The position numbers were made by a program, and so were the translations under genes. Below are positions 53,263-64,000 of a stretch of 64,000 nucleotides of DNA, piece by piece. The notes beneath the pieces were generated by a model. That model did not search any database and was not told the DNA's origin. It saw only the letters and a program-made list of their open reading frames with translations. Numbering within the stretch: position 1 is the stretch's first letter; each line of letters opens with the position of its first letter. Source of the DNA: an uncultured Methanoregulaceae archaeon (GTDB lineage Archaea > Halobacteriota > Methanomicrobia > Methanomicrobiales > Methanospirillaceae); assembly GCA_963737635.1 (NCBI GenBank), contig CAVTTL010000001.1, forward strand, positions 1,664,001 to 1,728,000, read 5' to 3'.

Positions 53263-53310
53263 GATCGATTTTCTCTGCGATGGTTGGTTGTTCCCAAAAA
53301 GGGGAATGGG

Positions 53311-54098
53311 TTACTTGAGCACCAGAATCGATTCAGGTGCACGGATAATGAGTGCCAAGCTCTCGTAGATCTGGAATTCGAGGAGATCCCCGATTGGCCC
53401 ATTGTACGCGGTTATCATGTCCTGACCGATGGCAATAGATGCGTACTGGCTGCCAGAGGAGAGCAGCACCCCGCCTTTCTTGAGTACGGGTGCTTTAACC
53501 ACACCGTCGGTGACCATCGAACGGATGTGGTCGAGCTCGGTTCCGTCTCCCTGGGGGTACCGCCTCAGGAGGAGGTTGTACTGTCCGGGGCAAGAGCCAT
53601 ACTATAGGGTCCGTGGAAGCCTGCATCATCAAGCTTTGTTATTGCATCGATGATCTGGTCTGCAGCTGAACCTACCTTGTCCCACTTGGTCAGGGTAAGG
53701 GTACCTGCCCCTTCTGCGTTGAGCAGTCCCGATATACCGGCAAGCCCTGAGAAGATGATCTTGTCCTCTTTTGTGGCTGCATCCATCGCGGCACACGCAA
53801 CTGATCCCGTGTCCAGGATGAGGTGATCGCGTTCATACGCTGCCAGATCGCGCTTGGCAAGGGAAAATTCGGTCCTGATCATCGTCAGGGGAATTGCAGT
53901 ACTCCCGATGATCCCGTCTTCGATGGTATAGTCTCCCAGAGGGATATTCTTAAGACCAAACCCGTAGGGTCCTTCGATAGGAAGGATCCGGCGACCGGAT
54001 AACTGGCTTTTTGCGGCCTGAACTGTTACGTCATCGAGCAGTTTCCACGTTGCCGCTTCAATCGGTGCATCATCTCGTCCAAGATAGGTATTTGCCAT
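53311..54098 (-). CDS. Family 1 encapsulin shell protein (frameshift near 53580)
   Basis: YLGRDDAP, LSGRR...GPYGFG, EDKIIFSG, AGFHGPY, IGQDMITAY...YESL. Confidence 0.9.
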
Positions 54099-54103
54099 GG
54101 TTT

Positions 54104-54478
54104 TTACTCCCCTGTCGTTTTGAGTGATCCAATAGTTGGTTCATCCTTTGCCGCTGCCGCACCCGGCGCCGGGGAAGCCAACTGCGCAGCCAAGGTATCC
54201 ACTTCGAGTGTTCCCTTCCTGAGATACTCGTCCTCTTCGCCATTCGTCAGGATTCCCAGCAGCCGGATCAATTCACCGGCGTGGACGCGTTCTTCGTTTG
54301 CGATATCGGTGAGCACTGCCTTTGCGAGTGCATTGTCGGTTGCATCCGCATGGGCGAGATAGCCGTGGATAGCTTCGAGTTCCCCCGCAATGTCGAGCCG
54401 GATGGCCCTCAGGAGTTCATCCTTTGTCAGTTTTCGATCCGGAACGGTGCCACTGAATGGGTTGAAAAAGTCTGGCAT
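54104..54478 (-). CDS. Ferritin-like encapsulin cargo protein
   Basis: ELEAIHGY, IANEERVHAGE di-iron motifs; C-terminal PTIGSLK cargo-loading peptide; directly upstream of the encapsulin. Confidence 0.9.
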   Translation of the reverse strand: MPDFFNPFSGTVPDRKLTKDELLRAIRLDIAGELEAIHGYLAHADATDNALAKAVLTDIANEERVHAGELIRLLGILTNGEEDEYLRKGTLEVDTLAAQLASPAPGAAAAKDEPTIGSLKTTGE

Positions 54479-54572
54479 AATTTCCTCCGTTATTCCTCTA
54501 GGTCAATAGTATATCGTCAAGCATATATACTTTTGACTACCGGCATGATTTTATCCGGGTGCGAGCTCCAGA

Positions 54573-56126
54573 TTACGTAATAACCTTTTTTTTCCGGAGC
54601 AACCGGTTATAGGTGATGGCAAACCGGTGTGCCTCATTGCGGACCTCCTGAACATACCTGAGTGCGATGCCTTTTTTATCGAGCCTGAGGGGAAGTTCTT
54701 CTCCGGGCACATAGATCTCCTCCTCTCGTTTCGCAATCGCAATAACCGGCTGGCTGGCGGCACCAAGGGACAAAAGCGCTTCACGAGCTGCTGACAGCTG
54801 CCCTTTTCCTCCATCTACGATCACGAGGTCCGGGAACGGTGCGTGTTCATCAGACAGGCGCTGGTACCGCCTCTTTACCACCTCGGCTATTGAGGCAAAA
54901 TCATCTATCCCGGTGACGGTTTTTATCCTGAAACGCCGGTAGTTGCTTTTATCTGGTTTTCCGTCCCGGAACTGCACCATTGACCCGACCATTGCTGTAC
55001 CGGAGAGATGTGAGATGTCGAAGCATTCGATTACGGAAGGAGCGGAAGAAAGATGCAAGGCCGCACCCAGTTCGGCGCTCTTAAGCGCGTCCCGGAAGAA
55101 CGCAATTTCGAGGTTCTTTTGTGCAAGCTCGAGCAACTGTCGTTTCTCTCCCCGTTGCGGGACAACGATATTGACCTGCTGTCCCTTTTTTACCGAAAGA
55201 AATTCTGCGAGTGCAGGATCCGTCTCATGACCGAGGATCAGTTCTTTGGGTGCTTCGCGCTCCGAGTAGTACTGGACAAGAAACTCCTCAAAGAAGTCTT
55301 CACCGGCATCGAACGTGAACTCCTGCTTATTTACGAGCGTTCCCAGTTCGACGTTAAACGCAGTCAGGTAGACCCTGCCATCCGTTACCTGGTACGCAAT
55401 CACGTCCTGGTCGTACTCCCGCCGGCGCTCGACATGCTGCCGCTCGGCAAGGTGTTCTATTGCCGCGATCTCATTTCGCAGTACGAGAGCCCGCTCGTAA
55501 TCCTCTGACGCTGACCGTGCCGTCATCTCGTTCCGGAGTTTTGCAAGCAGCTCCGTAGACCTGCCTTTAAGGAGCAGGGTGGCTTTTTTTACATTTTCCT
55601 CGTACGCATCAGGGCTCACGGTTCCCGTACAGGGTGCGCTGCAGGACTGCATATGCCGCCGAAGGCAGGGGCGTTTCGGGAGTTTTCTGCAGGTTCGCAG
55701 GTGAAAGATCTTTTTTGCTACGTTGAGCACATGGTCGCGCTCGGCCGCGGAGACAAACGGCCCGAAAAACGTCCCGTCACCCGTTGCCCGCCGTGCGATC
55801 ACCAATCTCGGGAACTCCCCCCCGGTAAGTTCTATCCACGCATAGCGTTTTGCGTCTTTTAAATCGATGTTATACTTCGGTTGGTGTTTTTTGATAAGGG
55901 TGTTTTCGAGAAGGAAAGCCTCTGTTTCGTTGTCTGTTACTATCACACTCACTGACGCGATATGAGTGATGAGGCTCCGTGTTTTGGGGTCATGATCTTT
56001 CTTGGTAAAGTAGCTCGACACCCGTTTTCTGAGGTTTTTTGCCTTTCCCACATAGATAATAGTCCCGGTCTCATCAGAGTAAAGATAGCAACCGGGGTTT
56101 TCGGGAAGGCTTGTTGTATCGATCAT
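54573..56126 (-). CDS. uvrC: Excinuclease ABC subunit C
   Basis: GIY-YIG IIYVGKAKNLRKRVSSYF, IECFDISH, DGGKGQL, RNEAHRFA. Confidence 0.95.
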   Translation of the reverse strand: MIDTTSLPENPGCYLYSDETGTIIYVGKAKNLRKRVSSYFTKKDHDPKTRSLITHIASVSVIVTDNETEAFLLENTLIKKHQPKYNIDLKDAKRYAWIELTGGEFPRLVIARRATGDGTFFGPFVSAAERDHVLNVAKKIFHLRTCRKLPKRPCLRRHMQSCSAPCTGTVSPDAYEENVKKATLLLKGRSTELLAKLRNEMTARSASEDYERALVLRNEIAAIEHLAERQHVERRREYDQDVIAYQVTDGRVYLTAFNVELGTLVNKQEFTFDAGEDFFEEFLVQYYSEREAPKELILGHETDPALAEFLSVKKGQQVNIVVPQRGEKRQLLELAQKNLEIAFFRDALKSAELGAALHLSSAPSVIECFDISHLSGTAMVGSMVQFRDGKPDKSNYRRFRIKTVTGIDDFASIAEVVKRRYQRLSDEHAPFPDLVIVDGGKGQLSAAREALLSLGAASQPVIAIAKREEEIYVPGEELPLRLDKKGIALRYVQEVRNEAHRFAITYNRLLRKKKVIT

Positions 56127-56153
56127 GGATTAAAAGAGTATCAGGGTACAGGC

Positions 56154-57521
56154 TCATAAGCGCTGGGGATGGGGTAAAGATTCGATGATCAATCTGCACA
56201 GGCCAGTACAGTTCTCATCAGGACTTTTGTCAGGATAGTGGATTTTCTTTGAAAAACGAGTGTGGGCGGGAGGTTTTGACTGATGATTGCAGTTGTCACA
56301 CGACCCGCAGGTCTCTTGGACAGACGTCTCTCCAAAATAGTCAAGCAGGAATTTTCTCCGGCAGTGGGTTGTCTCGCAGAAACCGACCATGTCATGGAGT
56401 TTTTTCTGCGCGATCCGGATTGAACGTTCGCTGCCACTATCCCGATCGAGCAGTAACCGGACCTTATGCACGTCTGCCCTGCTGTACAAGAGGATGCATT
56501 CCCCGGGTTTTCCATCGCGGCCGGCCCTTCCCGTTTCCTGGTAATAGGATTCAATGGATTTTGGGAGGTCATAGTGGATGACAAAACGCACATCGGGTTT
56601 ATCGATCCCCATCCCGAATGCGACGGTAGCACAGATGATCCGGACGGTATTTTTAAGGAATGCGTCCTGCACGCGCTCTCGCGCAGGGGTGGAAAGCCCG
56701 GCGTGGTACGCAAGCGCCTCAAAACCCCGTTTACGGAGATCCGATGCGATCTCCTCAGTCTCCTTCCTGCTCATGCAGTAGATAATGCCGGCCTTGTTCT
56801 TGTGCCGGCAGAGGAACTCGGCGAGCTGGATCGTTGGGTTCTTCTTTGTGATCACCCGGTACGACAGGTTTTTCCGGCCAAAACTCCCGACAAACTCACG
56901 GGCCCGGACAAGCCCGAGCTGCTGGGAGATATCCTTTCGTACTTCCGGGACTGCCGTAGCCGTGAGTGCGATGATAGGGATTCCGGGTAATGTTTTCCTG
57001 ATCCGGGCCAGCGCCCGGTATTCAGGGCGAAAATGGTGCCCCCATTCCGAGATACAGTGCGCTTCATCGATGGCAATAAGACGGACCGGGGCACCGGCCA
57101 AGGATTCGAGGAAACCGGGCTGCATGCATTTTTCGGGCGAGACAAAGAGGAGCCGGAGCCTGCCCTCCCGTATCTCTGTCCCGATGCGGCTGCGCCTGTC
57201 TGAATCGAGCTGGCCGGTCCAGGCTGCAGCCGAAATGCCTCTGGCATTAAGGACATCCACCTGGTCTTTCATGAGTGCAAGAAGCGGGGAGATGACAAGG
57301 GTCAATCCCCCGAAGTACAGGGCAGGCAGCTGGTAACAGAGGGATTTCCCGCTGCCGGTCGCCATGATGGCAAGAGTATCATGGCCTTTCAGGACAGAGG
57401 TGATGATCGCTTTCTGGTGCGGCAGGAATGCAGGGTGCCCCCAGTATTTTTCGAGCAGGCTGATGGGAGATGGATGCTGTTCAGGGTATTGTTGCTGTGG
57501 GGCAGTCTGCGGTGTATCCAT
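56154..57521 (-). CDS. recQ: RecQ-family DNA helicase (short form)
   Basis: TGSGKSLCYQLP, DEAHCISEWGH, ATVAFGMGIDKPDVR, QETGRAGRDG, CRR...CGSCDNC zinc motif; ATG 57521. Confidence 0.9.
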   Translation of the reverse strand: MDTPQTAPQQQYPEQHPSPISLLEKYWGHPAFLPHQKAIITSVLKGHDTLAIMATGSGKSLCYQLPALYFGGLTLVISPLLALMKDQVDVLNARGISAAAWTGQLDSDRRSRIGTEIREGRLRLLFVSPEKCMQPGFLESLAGAPVRLIAIDEAHCISEWGHHFRPEYRALARIRKTLPGIPIIALTATAVPEVRKDISQQLGLVRAREFVGSFGRKNLSYRVITKKNPTIQLAEFLCRHKNKAGIIYCMSRKETEEIASDLRKRGFEALAYHAGLSTPARERVQDAFLKNTVRIICATVAFGMGIDKPDVRFVIHYDLPKSIESYYQETGRAGRDGKPGECILLYSRADVHKVRLLLDRDSGSERSIRIAQKKLHDMVGFCETTHCRRKFLLDYFGETSVQETCGSCDNCNHQSKPPAHTRFSKKIHYPDKSPDENCTGLCRLIIESLPHPQRL

Positions 57522-57900
57522 ACATGTCCTCGCTTGAGAATACAATAATGCGTGAGGAGACATGAGGCAGGACCATATATGAACTCCCGGGCGTGGGGAG
57601 TGAAACTGAAAGCGGGTATGCCATATCAATGGTTGCAACCATGAGCAATCCAAGACGACGGCAGGTGGAACAACGAATTCAAAGATCACCTCAAAAGATA
57701 TGGTATCAAGCCCCTATTGGCCAGAGTGAAGCATCCCCGGACGAATGGAACGTTAGAACTATTTTCCGGGAGTTTACGAGAATCATAGGTCAGTTTTTCG
57801 TTTATTCGACGTTTTTTATAGGCGGGTACAACGATACAGGGATGTTTTAAGAAGGAAAAAAACTAACCAGAATGAGCCAAAGGCGTAGCGAGGTAACTGT

Positions 57901-58039
57901 ATGCCAACAAGTAAGAAACAGATGACGAAGCTGAACCAAGTGAAGAAGGCCAAGGCAGAAGAGCCTCTCGAAGCAGGCGGCTGCGGGTAGCAAAGACGCC
58001 AAGAAGAAGCTTAAGAAGCTTGAGAAAAAACTCAAGTGA
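57901..58039 (+). CDS. Small Lys-rich protein of about 45 aa (absent from the ORF track; needs a 1-bp correction near 57964)
   Basis: Corrected translation MPTSKKQMTKLNQVKKAKAEELSKQAAAGSKDAKKKLKKLEKKLK*; GAGGT Shine-Dalgarno upstream; T-rich stretch downstream. Confidence 0.65.
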
Positions 58040-58262
58040 GCCGCCTGGAATTTCCACCTCTTTTTATTTTCCTTTAAAAGGGCTGATATAAACTAATAGA
58101 GCTATGCAAGTCACAAAAATGCTCGTATCTGAAGGGTAGCAGAAGGCTCAATTTTCAAATGTTAAAAAAATACTGATAAATGCGCTCTTTCTGATGTGAA
58201 TGCAAAAAGACAACGTTTATAGGATCTACTTTGAGTTTCTTTAAAAAATGGTATTAAAAAGC

Positions 58263-61073
58263 CTATACTTTTTTCTTAAGCATCTCTTTCAGGAACTGCC
58301 CGGTATAACTCTCCGGTACCGCAGCTACCTTTTCCGGTGTTCCGGTTGCCACGATCTCGCCACCGGCATCTCCTCCATCAGGCCCGATGTCTATGAGGTA
58401 ATCGGCCGACTTGATCACGTCGAGATTATGCTCGATCACGACCACCGTATTACCTTTCTCCACGAGATCATCGAGTACCGTAATCAGTTTCTTCGTATCG
58501 TCGAAATGGAGCCCGGTCGTCGGCTCATCGAGCAGGTAGAGTGTCTTTCCTGTTGCTCTCTTTGCGAGTTCCCGGGTGAGCTTGATCCGCTGGGCCTCCC
58601 CGCCCGAGAGTGTGGTCGCGCTCTGGCCGAGTTTGACATAATCGAGGCCGACCCGGGAGAGCATCTCAAGCTTGCCCCGGATCGAGGGAATGTTCTCGAA
58701 GAGCGCCATCGCTTCCTCAACACTCATGTCCAGAACATCAGCGATTGACTTACCTTTGTATTTCACTTCAAGGGTCTCGCGGTTGTATCGCTTCCCCTTG
58801 CACTCCTCGCATTCGATATAGACATCCGGCAGGAAGTTCATCTCGATCTTGATCATGCCGTCCCCTTCACATGCCTCGCACCGGCCGCCCCTGATATTAA
58901 ACGAGAACCGCCCGGGCTTATAGCCCCGCATCTTTGCCTCCTTTGTCCCTGCAAAAACGGTCCGGATCTCATCAAAGACTTTGGTGTATGTCGCCGGATT
59001 CGAGCGTGGTGTCCGGCCGATCGGGCTCTGGTCAATCACGATCACTTTGTCGATCTCGGAATCGAACGTGATCGCGGTGTGCGCTCCTGCCTGTTCCCGG
59101 GAGCCGTAGAGCTTCTGCATCATGCCCTTGTACAGCGTGTCGTAGACGAGCGTGGACTTCCCGGACCCCGAAACGCCGGTCACCACCGAAAAGAGGCCGA
59201 TCGGGATCTTCACGTTGATGTTCTTGAGGTTATTCTCCCTGCAGCCTTTGACCGTCACAAACTTTGAAGCCTTCCGGCGCGTGCCGGGCACTTCTATCCG
59301 CTTTTTCCCGGCAAGGTATTGCCCGGTAAGGGACTTTTTGTTCTTCTCGATCTGCTGGGGTGTGCCCTCGGCAACAACTGAACCACCGTGCAGGCCGGCT
59401 CCGGGTCCGATATCGATCACGTGGTCGGCGCTGCGGATCATGTCTTCGTCATGCTCAACGACAATCAGGGTGTTTCCGATATCGCGCAGCGTCCGCAGGG
59501 TTTCGATCAGCTTCCGGTTGTCCCGTTGGTGCAGCCCGATGGAAGGTTCGTCGAGCACGTAGAGGACGCCCATGAGGTTCGAGCCGATCTGGGTGGCAAG
59601 CCGGATCCGCTGGGCCTCGCCTCCGGAGAGCGTTCCTGCGTTCCTCGAGAGCGTGAGGTAACCAAGGCCAACCTTTTCGAGGAACAGTAACCGGGACCGG
59701 ATCTCTTTTATAATTTGGCGGGCGATCCCCTCCTCTTTTTCGGTGAGCCTGAGGCCGGAGAAGAACTCAAGGCTTGCTGCGATCGAAAGATCGGTCACAT
59801 CGATGATTGACTTGCCATCGATCCGGACCGCGAGCACCTTCTCCTTGAGCCGTTGTCCCTTGCAGGCCGGGCAGGGAAAGACCCGCATGTAACTCTCCAG
59901 TTCCCGCTTCCGCCACTCGGATTGGGTCTGGGCATAGAGCCGGGCGGTCTGTGGCAGGAGTCCCTCCCACTCGCCGTTATGCGACCACTGGGCGTCCCCG
60001 TTTTTCATGCTCATTGAGAAGTGCATTTTCTCGCTCGAACCGTACATCAAGGCGTTATATTGGGTATCGGTAAGGTCTTTTATTGGAGTGAGAGCGGAGA
60101 AACCGAAATGCTTTGCCACGGTAGCCAGGTACTGGCCCCGGAAACCATCCATCGGGTTCCGGTACGGTGCCACCGCACCATCCGCGATACACCGGTTTTT
60201 ATCGGGAATAATGAGGTCGGCATCGAATTCCATCTTGACCCCGAGCCCATGACATTCTTCGCAGGCCCCAAACGGGCTGTTGAACGAGAACATTCTCGGC
60301 TGGAGTTCCTCGAATGCGAGACCGCAGACCGGACAGGCAAGAAGGGAGGAGTACGTGGACTCCTTCCCCGCTTCGTCTGCAACGAGTACCAGCCCTTCGG
60401 ATTTTTTAAGCGTATTCTCGACTGCCTCAGATAGGCGGGACCTATCGGAGGTATCCAGCCGGTCGATCACGATCTCGATGTCCTGCTTCTTGTACCGGTC
60501 AAGAGCGATCTCCTCGTCGGTACGAATGATCTTCTTGTTCACCCGGACCCGGGCGTATCCCTCCTTGTTTAAGTCTTTGAGAAGTTGCTGGTAGGTACCT
60601 TTCTTCTGCCGGACGATGGGCGCAAGAACAGTAACCATACCGGGATGTTCTGCTGCTATCTGGTCGGCGATCCGGTCCGGTGTCTGGGCAGCTATCGGGA
60701 TATTGTGCTCGGGACAATAGGGTGTACCGATTCGGGCAAAAAGCAACCGGAGGTAGTCGTAGATCTCAGTGGTCGTCCCAACAGTCGAACGGGGGTTTTT
60801 GGATGTGGTCTTCTGTTCGATCGAGATGGCTGGCGAGAGTCCTTCGATGGAATCCACGTCCGGCTTGTGCATAAGCCCCAGAAACTGGCGGGCATACGTC
60901 GAGAGCGATTCTACGTATCGCCGCTGGCCTTCGGCATAGAGTGTATCAAAAGCGAGTGTTGATTTGCCGGATCCTGAGACACCCGTTATCACCACAAGCT
61001 TGTCACGGGGGATCTCAACATTGATATTTTTCAGGTTGTGCTGGCGCGCACCTTTGATGATGATATTCTTCAT
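58263..61073 (-). CDS. uvrA: Excinuclease ABC subunit A
   Basis: Two GVSGSGKS and [12 protein letters not shown] motifs, zinc fingers, [10 protein letters not shown]. Confidence 0.97.
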   Translation of the reverse strand: MKNIIIKGARQHNLKNINVEIPRDKLVVITGVSGSGKSTLAFDTLYAEGQRRYVESLSTYARQFLGLMHKPDVDSIEGLSPAISIEQKTTSKNPRSTVGTTTEIYDYLRLLFARIGTPYCPEHNIPIAAQTPDRIADQIAAEHPGMVTVLAPIVRQKKGTYQQLLKDLNKEGYARVRVNKKIIRTDEEIALDRYKKQDIEIVIDRLDTSDRSRLSEAVENTLKKSEGLVLVADEAGKESTYSSLLACPVCGLAFEELQPRMFSFNSPFGACEECHGLGVKMEFDADLIIPDKNRCIADGAVAPYRNPMDGFRGQYLATVAKHFGFSALTPIKDLTDTQYNALMYGSSEKMHFSMSMKNGDAQWSHNGEWEGLLPQTARLYAQTQSEWRKRELESYMRVFPCPACKGQRLKEKVLAVRIDGKSIIDVTDLSIAASLEFFSGLRLTEKEEGIARQIIKEIRSRLLFLEKVGLGYLTLSRNAGTLSGGEAQRIRLATQIGSNLMGVLYVLDEPSIGLHQRDNRKLIETLRTLRDIGNTLIVVEHDEDMIRSADHVIDIGPGAGLHGGSVVAEGTPQQIEKNKKSLTGQYLAGKKRIEVPGTRRKASKFVTVKGCRENNLKNINVKIPIGLFSVVTGVSGSGKSTLVYDTLYKGMMQKLYGSREQAGAHTAITFDSEIDKVIVIDQSPIGRTPRSNPATYTKVFDEIRTVFAGTKEAKMRGYKPGRFSFNIRGGRCEACEGDGMIKIEMNFLPDVYIECEECKGKRYNRETLEVKYKGKSIADVLDMSVEEAMALFENIPSIRGKLEMLSRVGLDYVKLGQSATTLSGGEAQRIKLTRELAKRATGKTLYLLDEPTTGLHFDDTKKLITVLDDLVEKGNTVVVIEHNLDVIKSADYLIDIGPDGGDAGGEIVATGTPEKVAAVPESYTGQFLKEMLKKKV

Positions 61074-61214
61074 ACTGGTGTGAGGTACACAATGGATGCC
61101 GGTATTTAAAGAGATGAGTTATGGGGCATGAAAGTAAGCCCGATCCGGGAATAATAATTAACGGGGGTGCGGCTAAATACCGGGTCACCCTATATTTCCG
61201 GGAACGAAGGTGAA

Positions 61215-61406
61215 ATGATGCCCGTCGTAATTCTCAAAATGCGCAAAGGCTGGACTACCGAACAGAAACGCAGGATCGTCAAAGAGTTCACCAGCACCCT
61301 TGTATCCACGCTGAAAATCGACCCGGATCTCGTTACGATCATGATCGATGAACACAGCCTCGAGGATATCGGCCATGGCGGTGTGCTCCGGTGCGACGAG
61401 CACTGA
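61215..61406 (+). CDS. 4-oxalocrotonate tautomerase family protein
   Basis: N-terminal Pro (MPVV), EQKRRIV, IGHGGV. Confidence 0.8.
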   Translation: MMPVVILKMRKGWTTEQKRRIVKEFTSTLVSTLKIDPDLVTIMIDEHSLEDIGHGGVLRCDEH

Positions 61407-61652
61407 TCTTTTTTTTAAAAACCCGGAGCGGGATCGCGATTACCCGCCTTCCGTGCCGGCCGCGTGCGGTGGGGGCGGGGCCGGGCTTGTGGTGATGGGG
61501 CGGACCCATGGGCCGGAGATGGAGAGGGCCGTTCTCGATTCTTAATGATTCTGCATCTTTTGGATAAAAACGATCCATTAAATATTTTCGATCCTATTCA
61601 GATCGTATCGTAGTATATCACACTAAGAACTAAAGGTTGTGGAGAAGAGAAA

Positions 61653-62078
61653 ATGTCTTCAGTATCTGAAATGTGGAAGTCTTTTGGGAATTCGGAACGG
61701 ATATTGGCGGTTCTGTTTGCAATGGGATTCATTCTGGGCTTCCTGCTGACTCCGCTCGGATTCGAAACACGTATGAATGAACTACGGACCTTGGCGTTTG
61801 CAGCATTTTTTGTGACCGTGGGGTTGTTGATTCCGATTGCCGGACTTGTTTTACTGCTGTTCCGAAGACCAAAAGTCGCGGGCGTTCTGGCGGTCATCGG
61901 TGCTGTGCTCAATTTCCTCACCGCGCCCGCCGACCAGGCACTGGTTTTCTTCACGGTCCCCCCTCCGCCTGCCGTTACGGCGGGTGAGTATATTCTCATC
62001 CTGGTGGGAGTCGGGTATGTGCTGTACGGACAACGAGTATATGACGAACAGTCGAAGAAACAGGGCACCATGAACTAA
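61653..62078 (+). CDS. Hypothetical membrane protein
   Basis: 141 aa, about 4 TM segments. Confidence 0.7.
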   Translation: MSSVSEMWKSFGNSERILAVLFAMGFILGFLLTPLGFETRMNELRTLAFAAFFVTVGLLIPIAGLVLLLFRRPKVAGVLAVIGAVLNFLTAPADQALVFFTVPPPPAVTAGEYILILVGVGYVLYGQRVYDEQSKKQGTMN

Positions 62079-62216
62079 TTCAGTGGCAGAAGAGACCGCA
62101 CAAACCCCCTCTTTGAAGTGAGATAAAGATCCTCCCATCCCTCCCATTTTTTTAAAAATCAGAACCGTTAAAATATAATTGAAGATGGCAGATCAATTCT
62201 TTCTTATGCACCCGGG

Positions 62217-63323
62217 TTATTGCGTCCGTCTCCCGGCCTTGCGCTCTTCATAAGAGATCTGAGTGCTTCTCCCGGGCGTAAGTTCTTCTTTTTTCTTCTC
62301 ATCGCTCTGGAACCGTTCATCAAGAGGAATACTCGCACTCCGTCCTCTGGTGAGTGTCCTGTCTTCGTCCCGGGAGCTCCGGAAGCGTTCCTCAAGCGGG
62401 ATCCGGCTGCTTTCCCCTTGCCCGAGCCTATCCTCATCATCTCGTCCGCGCTGCGAACGTTCTTCGAAGGGGATCGCATTGCTTCTGTCGCGTGCCGCAG
62501 GGTTTCCCCTGTGGATATCCTGCGACGACGCGTCTCCATCAGGGATAAAATCGATACCGGTATCTTCCCGGGCCGCCATCCTTGCAGGAGACCTGCCCTG
62601 CGGCCCACGCGATTGTGCAGGAGGCTGCATCGGGGAACGCGCAGAGGAAATCCCCTCAGAAGGCCTGCCCTCATCGGAAGTATGCCGTGGGCCGGTATAC
62701 GCAAACCTGCTCTGCCCGGGTGCTGACCCCCGGATTTTAGCCACCTGTTCGTCGATCTCTGCTTCTACTTCGCCGGAGCTTTTTTCGGTAAACATCAGGA
62801 ACTGGAGGAAGGCTTCAGGTTCGCAGAAGACCGATACATCAAGCCGCTCAAAAACCAGCCTCCGCTCTACGTCGCCATACCATCCTCCCGCGCGGATAGT
62901 GATCGTTTCACTTCCGGGATCGAAAGCATAAACCCGCTCCACACCGCCATCCCTCCCGAACGTAGTCTCGGCTACCCCGCTGCCTTCAAAAGTAAAGGTT
63001 TTCCCGACAGCACCGTAGTCTCCTCCCTCCCGCATCACGATCTGTCGGCCACCAGCCTCGTACCGGAACGTGCGGGGAGGATGTCCGAAGGAAAAAGTCT
63101 CTTCGAGCATACCGTAGTTGTCAAAGACGAACCGCCGGAGTATTTTCCCCGGTTGTGCAGGATCGTTCTCCGTCATCGTGTTTGAAGATGGATCGAACCG
63201 GTAAAGCCTCCGTGCAGAGTCGTGGCCATCCAACACCCGGACATCGGCTGCACCGTAATGGTACACCCGGCTGATCGATTCCTGCTGGTTCCCAGTAAAT
63301 TCGGTGATAACTGACTCGGTCAT
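62217..63323 (-). CDS. Hypothetical protein with beta-repeat N-terminus and C-terminal peptide repeats
   Basis: 368-aa ORF; Shine-Dalgarno GAGG before ATG; internal repeats visible. Confidence 0.7.
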   Translation of the reverse strand: MTESVITEFTGNQQESISRVYHYGAADVRVLDGHDSARRLYRFDPSSNTMTENDPAQPGKILRRFVFDNYGMLEETFSFGHPPRTFRYEAGGRQIVMREGGDYGAVGKTFTFEGSGVAETTFGRDGGVERVYAFDPGSETITIRAGGWYGDVERRLVFERLDVSVFCEPEAFLQFLMFTEKSSGEVEAEIDEQVAKIRGSAPGQSRFAYTGPRHTSDEGRPSEGISSARSPMQPPAQSRGPQGRSPARMAAREDTGIDFIPDGDASSQDIHRGNPAARDRSNAIPFEERSQRGRDDEDRLGQGESSRIPLEERFRSSRDEDRTLTRGRSASIPLDERFQSDEKKKEELTPGRSTQISYEERKAGRRTQ

Positions 63324-63553
63324 GATCCTCTGCCTCTCGGTCTGCCTGATTTTTTAAGTATTGTTTTTCCTCATAAAAAGAGTTGTTCTCCCGCTAGATC
63401 TTCAACACTTTTGTAATAAAAGAGATCACCGCGGGACTAAAAATATTCTGTATACCGAGGCGTACTGTTTATGTTTGGACCGACCTTAGCGGCATAGTTA
63501 TCTCCAAATCATTCCCCTTGTCGTACGCACGGGTCCGGAAATCGCACCGGTTC

Positions 63554-63907
63554 TCACTTCGTTTTAGAATACTCACCAGGGACAAACTGAATCCCATCAT
63601 ACATCGGTCCGAAAAAATTCTCGTCGACAACGGCAACATTTAATTTTCCCGTTATTATGTCGTCAAACTCATTCTCGAATATCTGACAAGGGAACGTATT
63701 GGTCTGTTTCAGGTAAAACCGGACCCACTCCGACCAGAGCAACATGCGTTGAACGCTCTTGATCCGGTTACGCCGAACATGTTGTGATAAGAATTCAAGG
63801 AACAAGGATATTTCATTCGGTCCTTTTGCAGCACTATTTGGCATTCCATACATTTCGCTGGAGGCAATCCTGGCTGACATTTCTGTTGATGTGATAATTT
63901 CAATCAC
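63554..63907 (-). CDS. Hypothetical protein
   Basis: 117-aa ORF with protein-like composition; start codon uncertain. Confidence 0.5.
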   Translation of the reverse strand: MIEIITSTEMSARIASSEMYGMPNSAAKGPNEISLFLEFLSQHVRRNRIKSVQRMLLWSEWVRFYLKQTNTFPCQIFENEFDDIITGKLNVAVVDENFFGPMYDGIQFVPGEYSKTK

Positions 63908-64000
63908 CTGATTTGTTGATTTAGACTGCCTTTTAATAGAGCCTTGTCTGATTGTCAGATTTTAAAACACATTTTGAAAAATGACCGACGCATATTCATG

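Noticed and set aside
2341-58039. Many split genes (dcd, thrS, hybrid kinase, cas6, mdh, polB, uvrB, feoB, queC, encapsulin and others) read as programmed frameshifting or pseudogenisation
   Set aside because: Single-base indels in essential genes, with otherwise intact motifs and no shared slippery motif, are best explained by long-read consensus errors.

Overview
Archaeal chromosomal segment whose gene content points to Methanomicrobiales (Methanoregula-like): archaeal ThrRS, FwdB, form III RuBisCO, PolB and many PAS kinases. About 15 genes, including essential ones, carry single-base frameshifts, which points to long-read indel errors rather than decay. The window opens with an AT-rich accessory end (1-2.2 kb) holding a wHTH-like gene and a serine-type tRNA body with an Ile (UAU) anticodon. 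It then carries housekeeping and signalling genes and a complete type I-B CRISPR-Cas locus (cas8b-7-5-3-6-1-2-4 plus a 24-repeat array). The right half holds an orphan fwdB, a DtxR-feoAAB iron module, an encapsulin with ferritin-like cargo, and uvrA/B/C with recQ. Three signals stand out: (1) the seven newest CRISPR spacers come from DNA that almost lacks AA/CC/GG/TT dinucleotides and is rich in GATC/TCGA, suggesting an unknown invader with an unusual genome; (2) the Ser-identity tRNA(UAU) could mistranslate Ile codons; (3) a CreT-like ATG-AGA-AGG-AGA mini-ORF lies upstream of cas8b.
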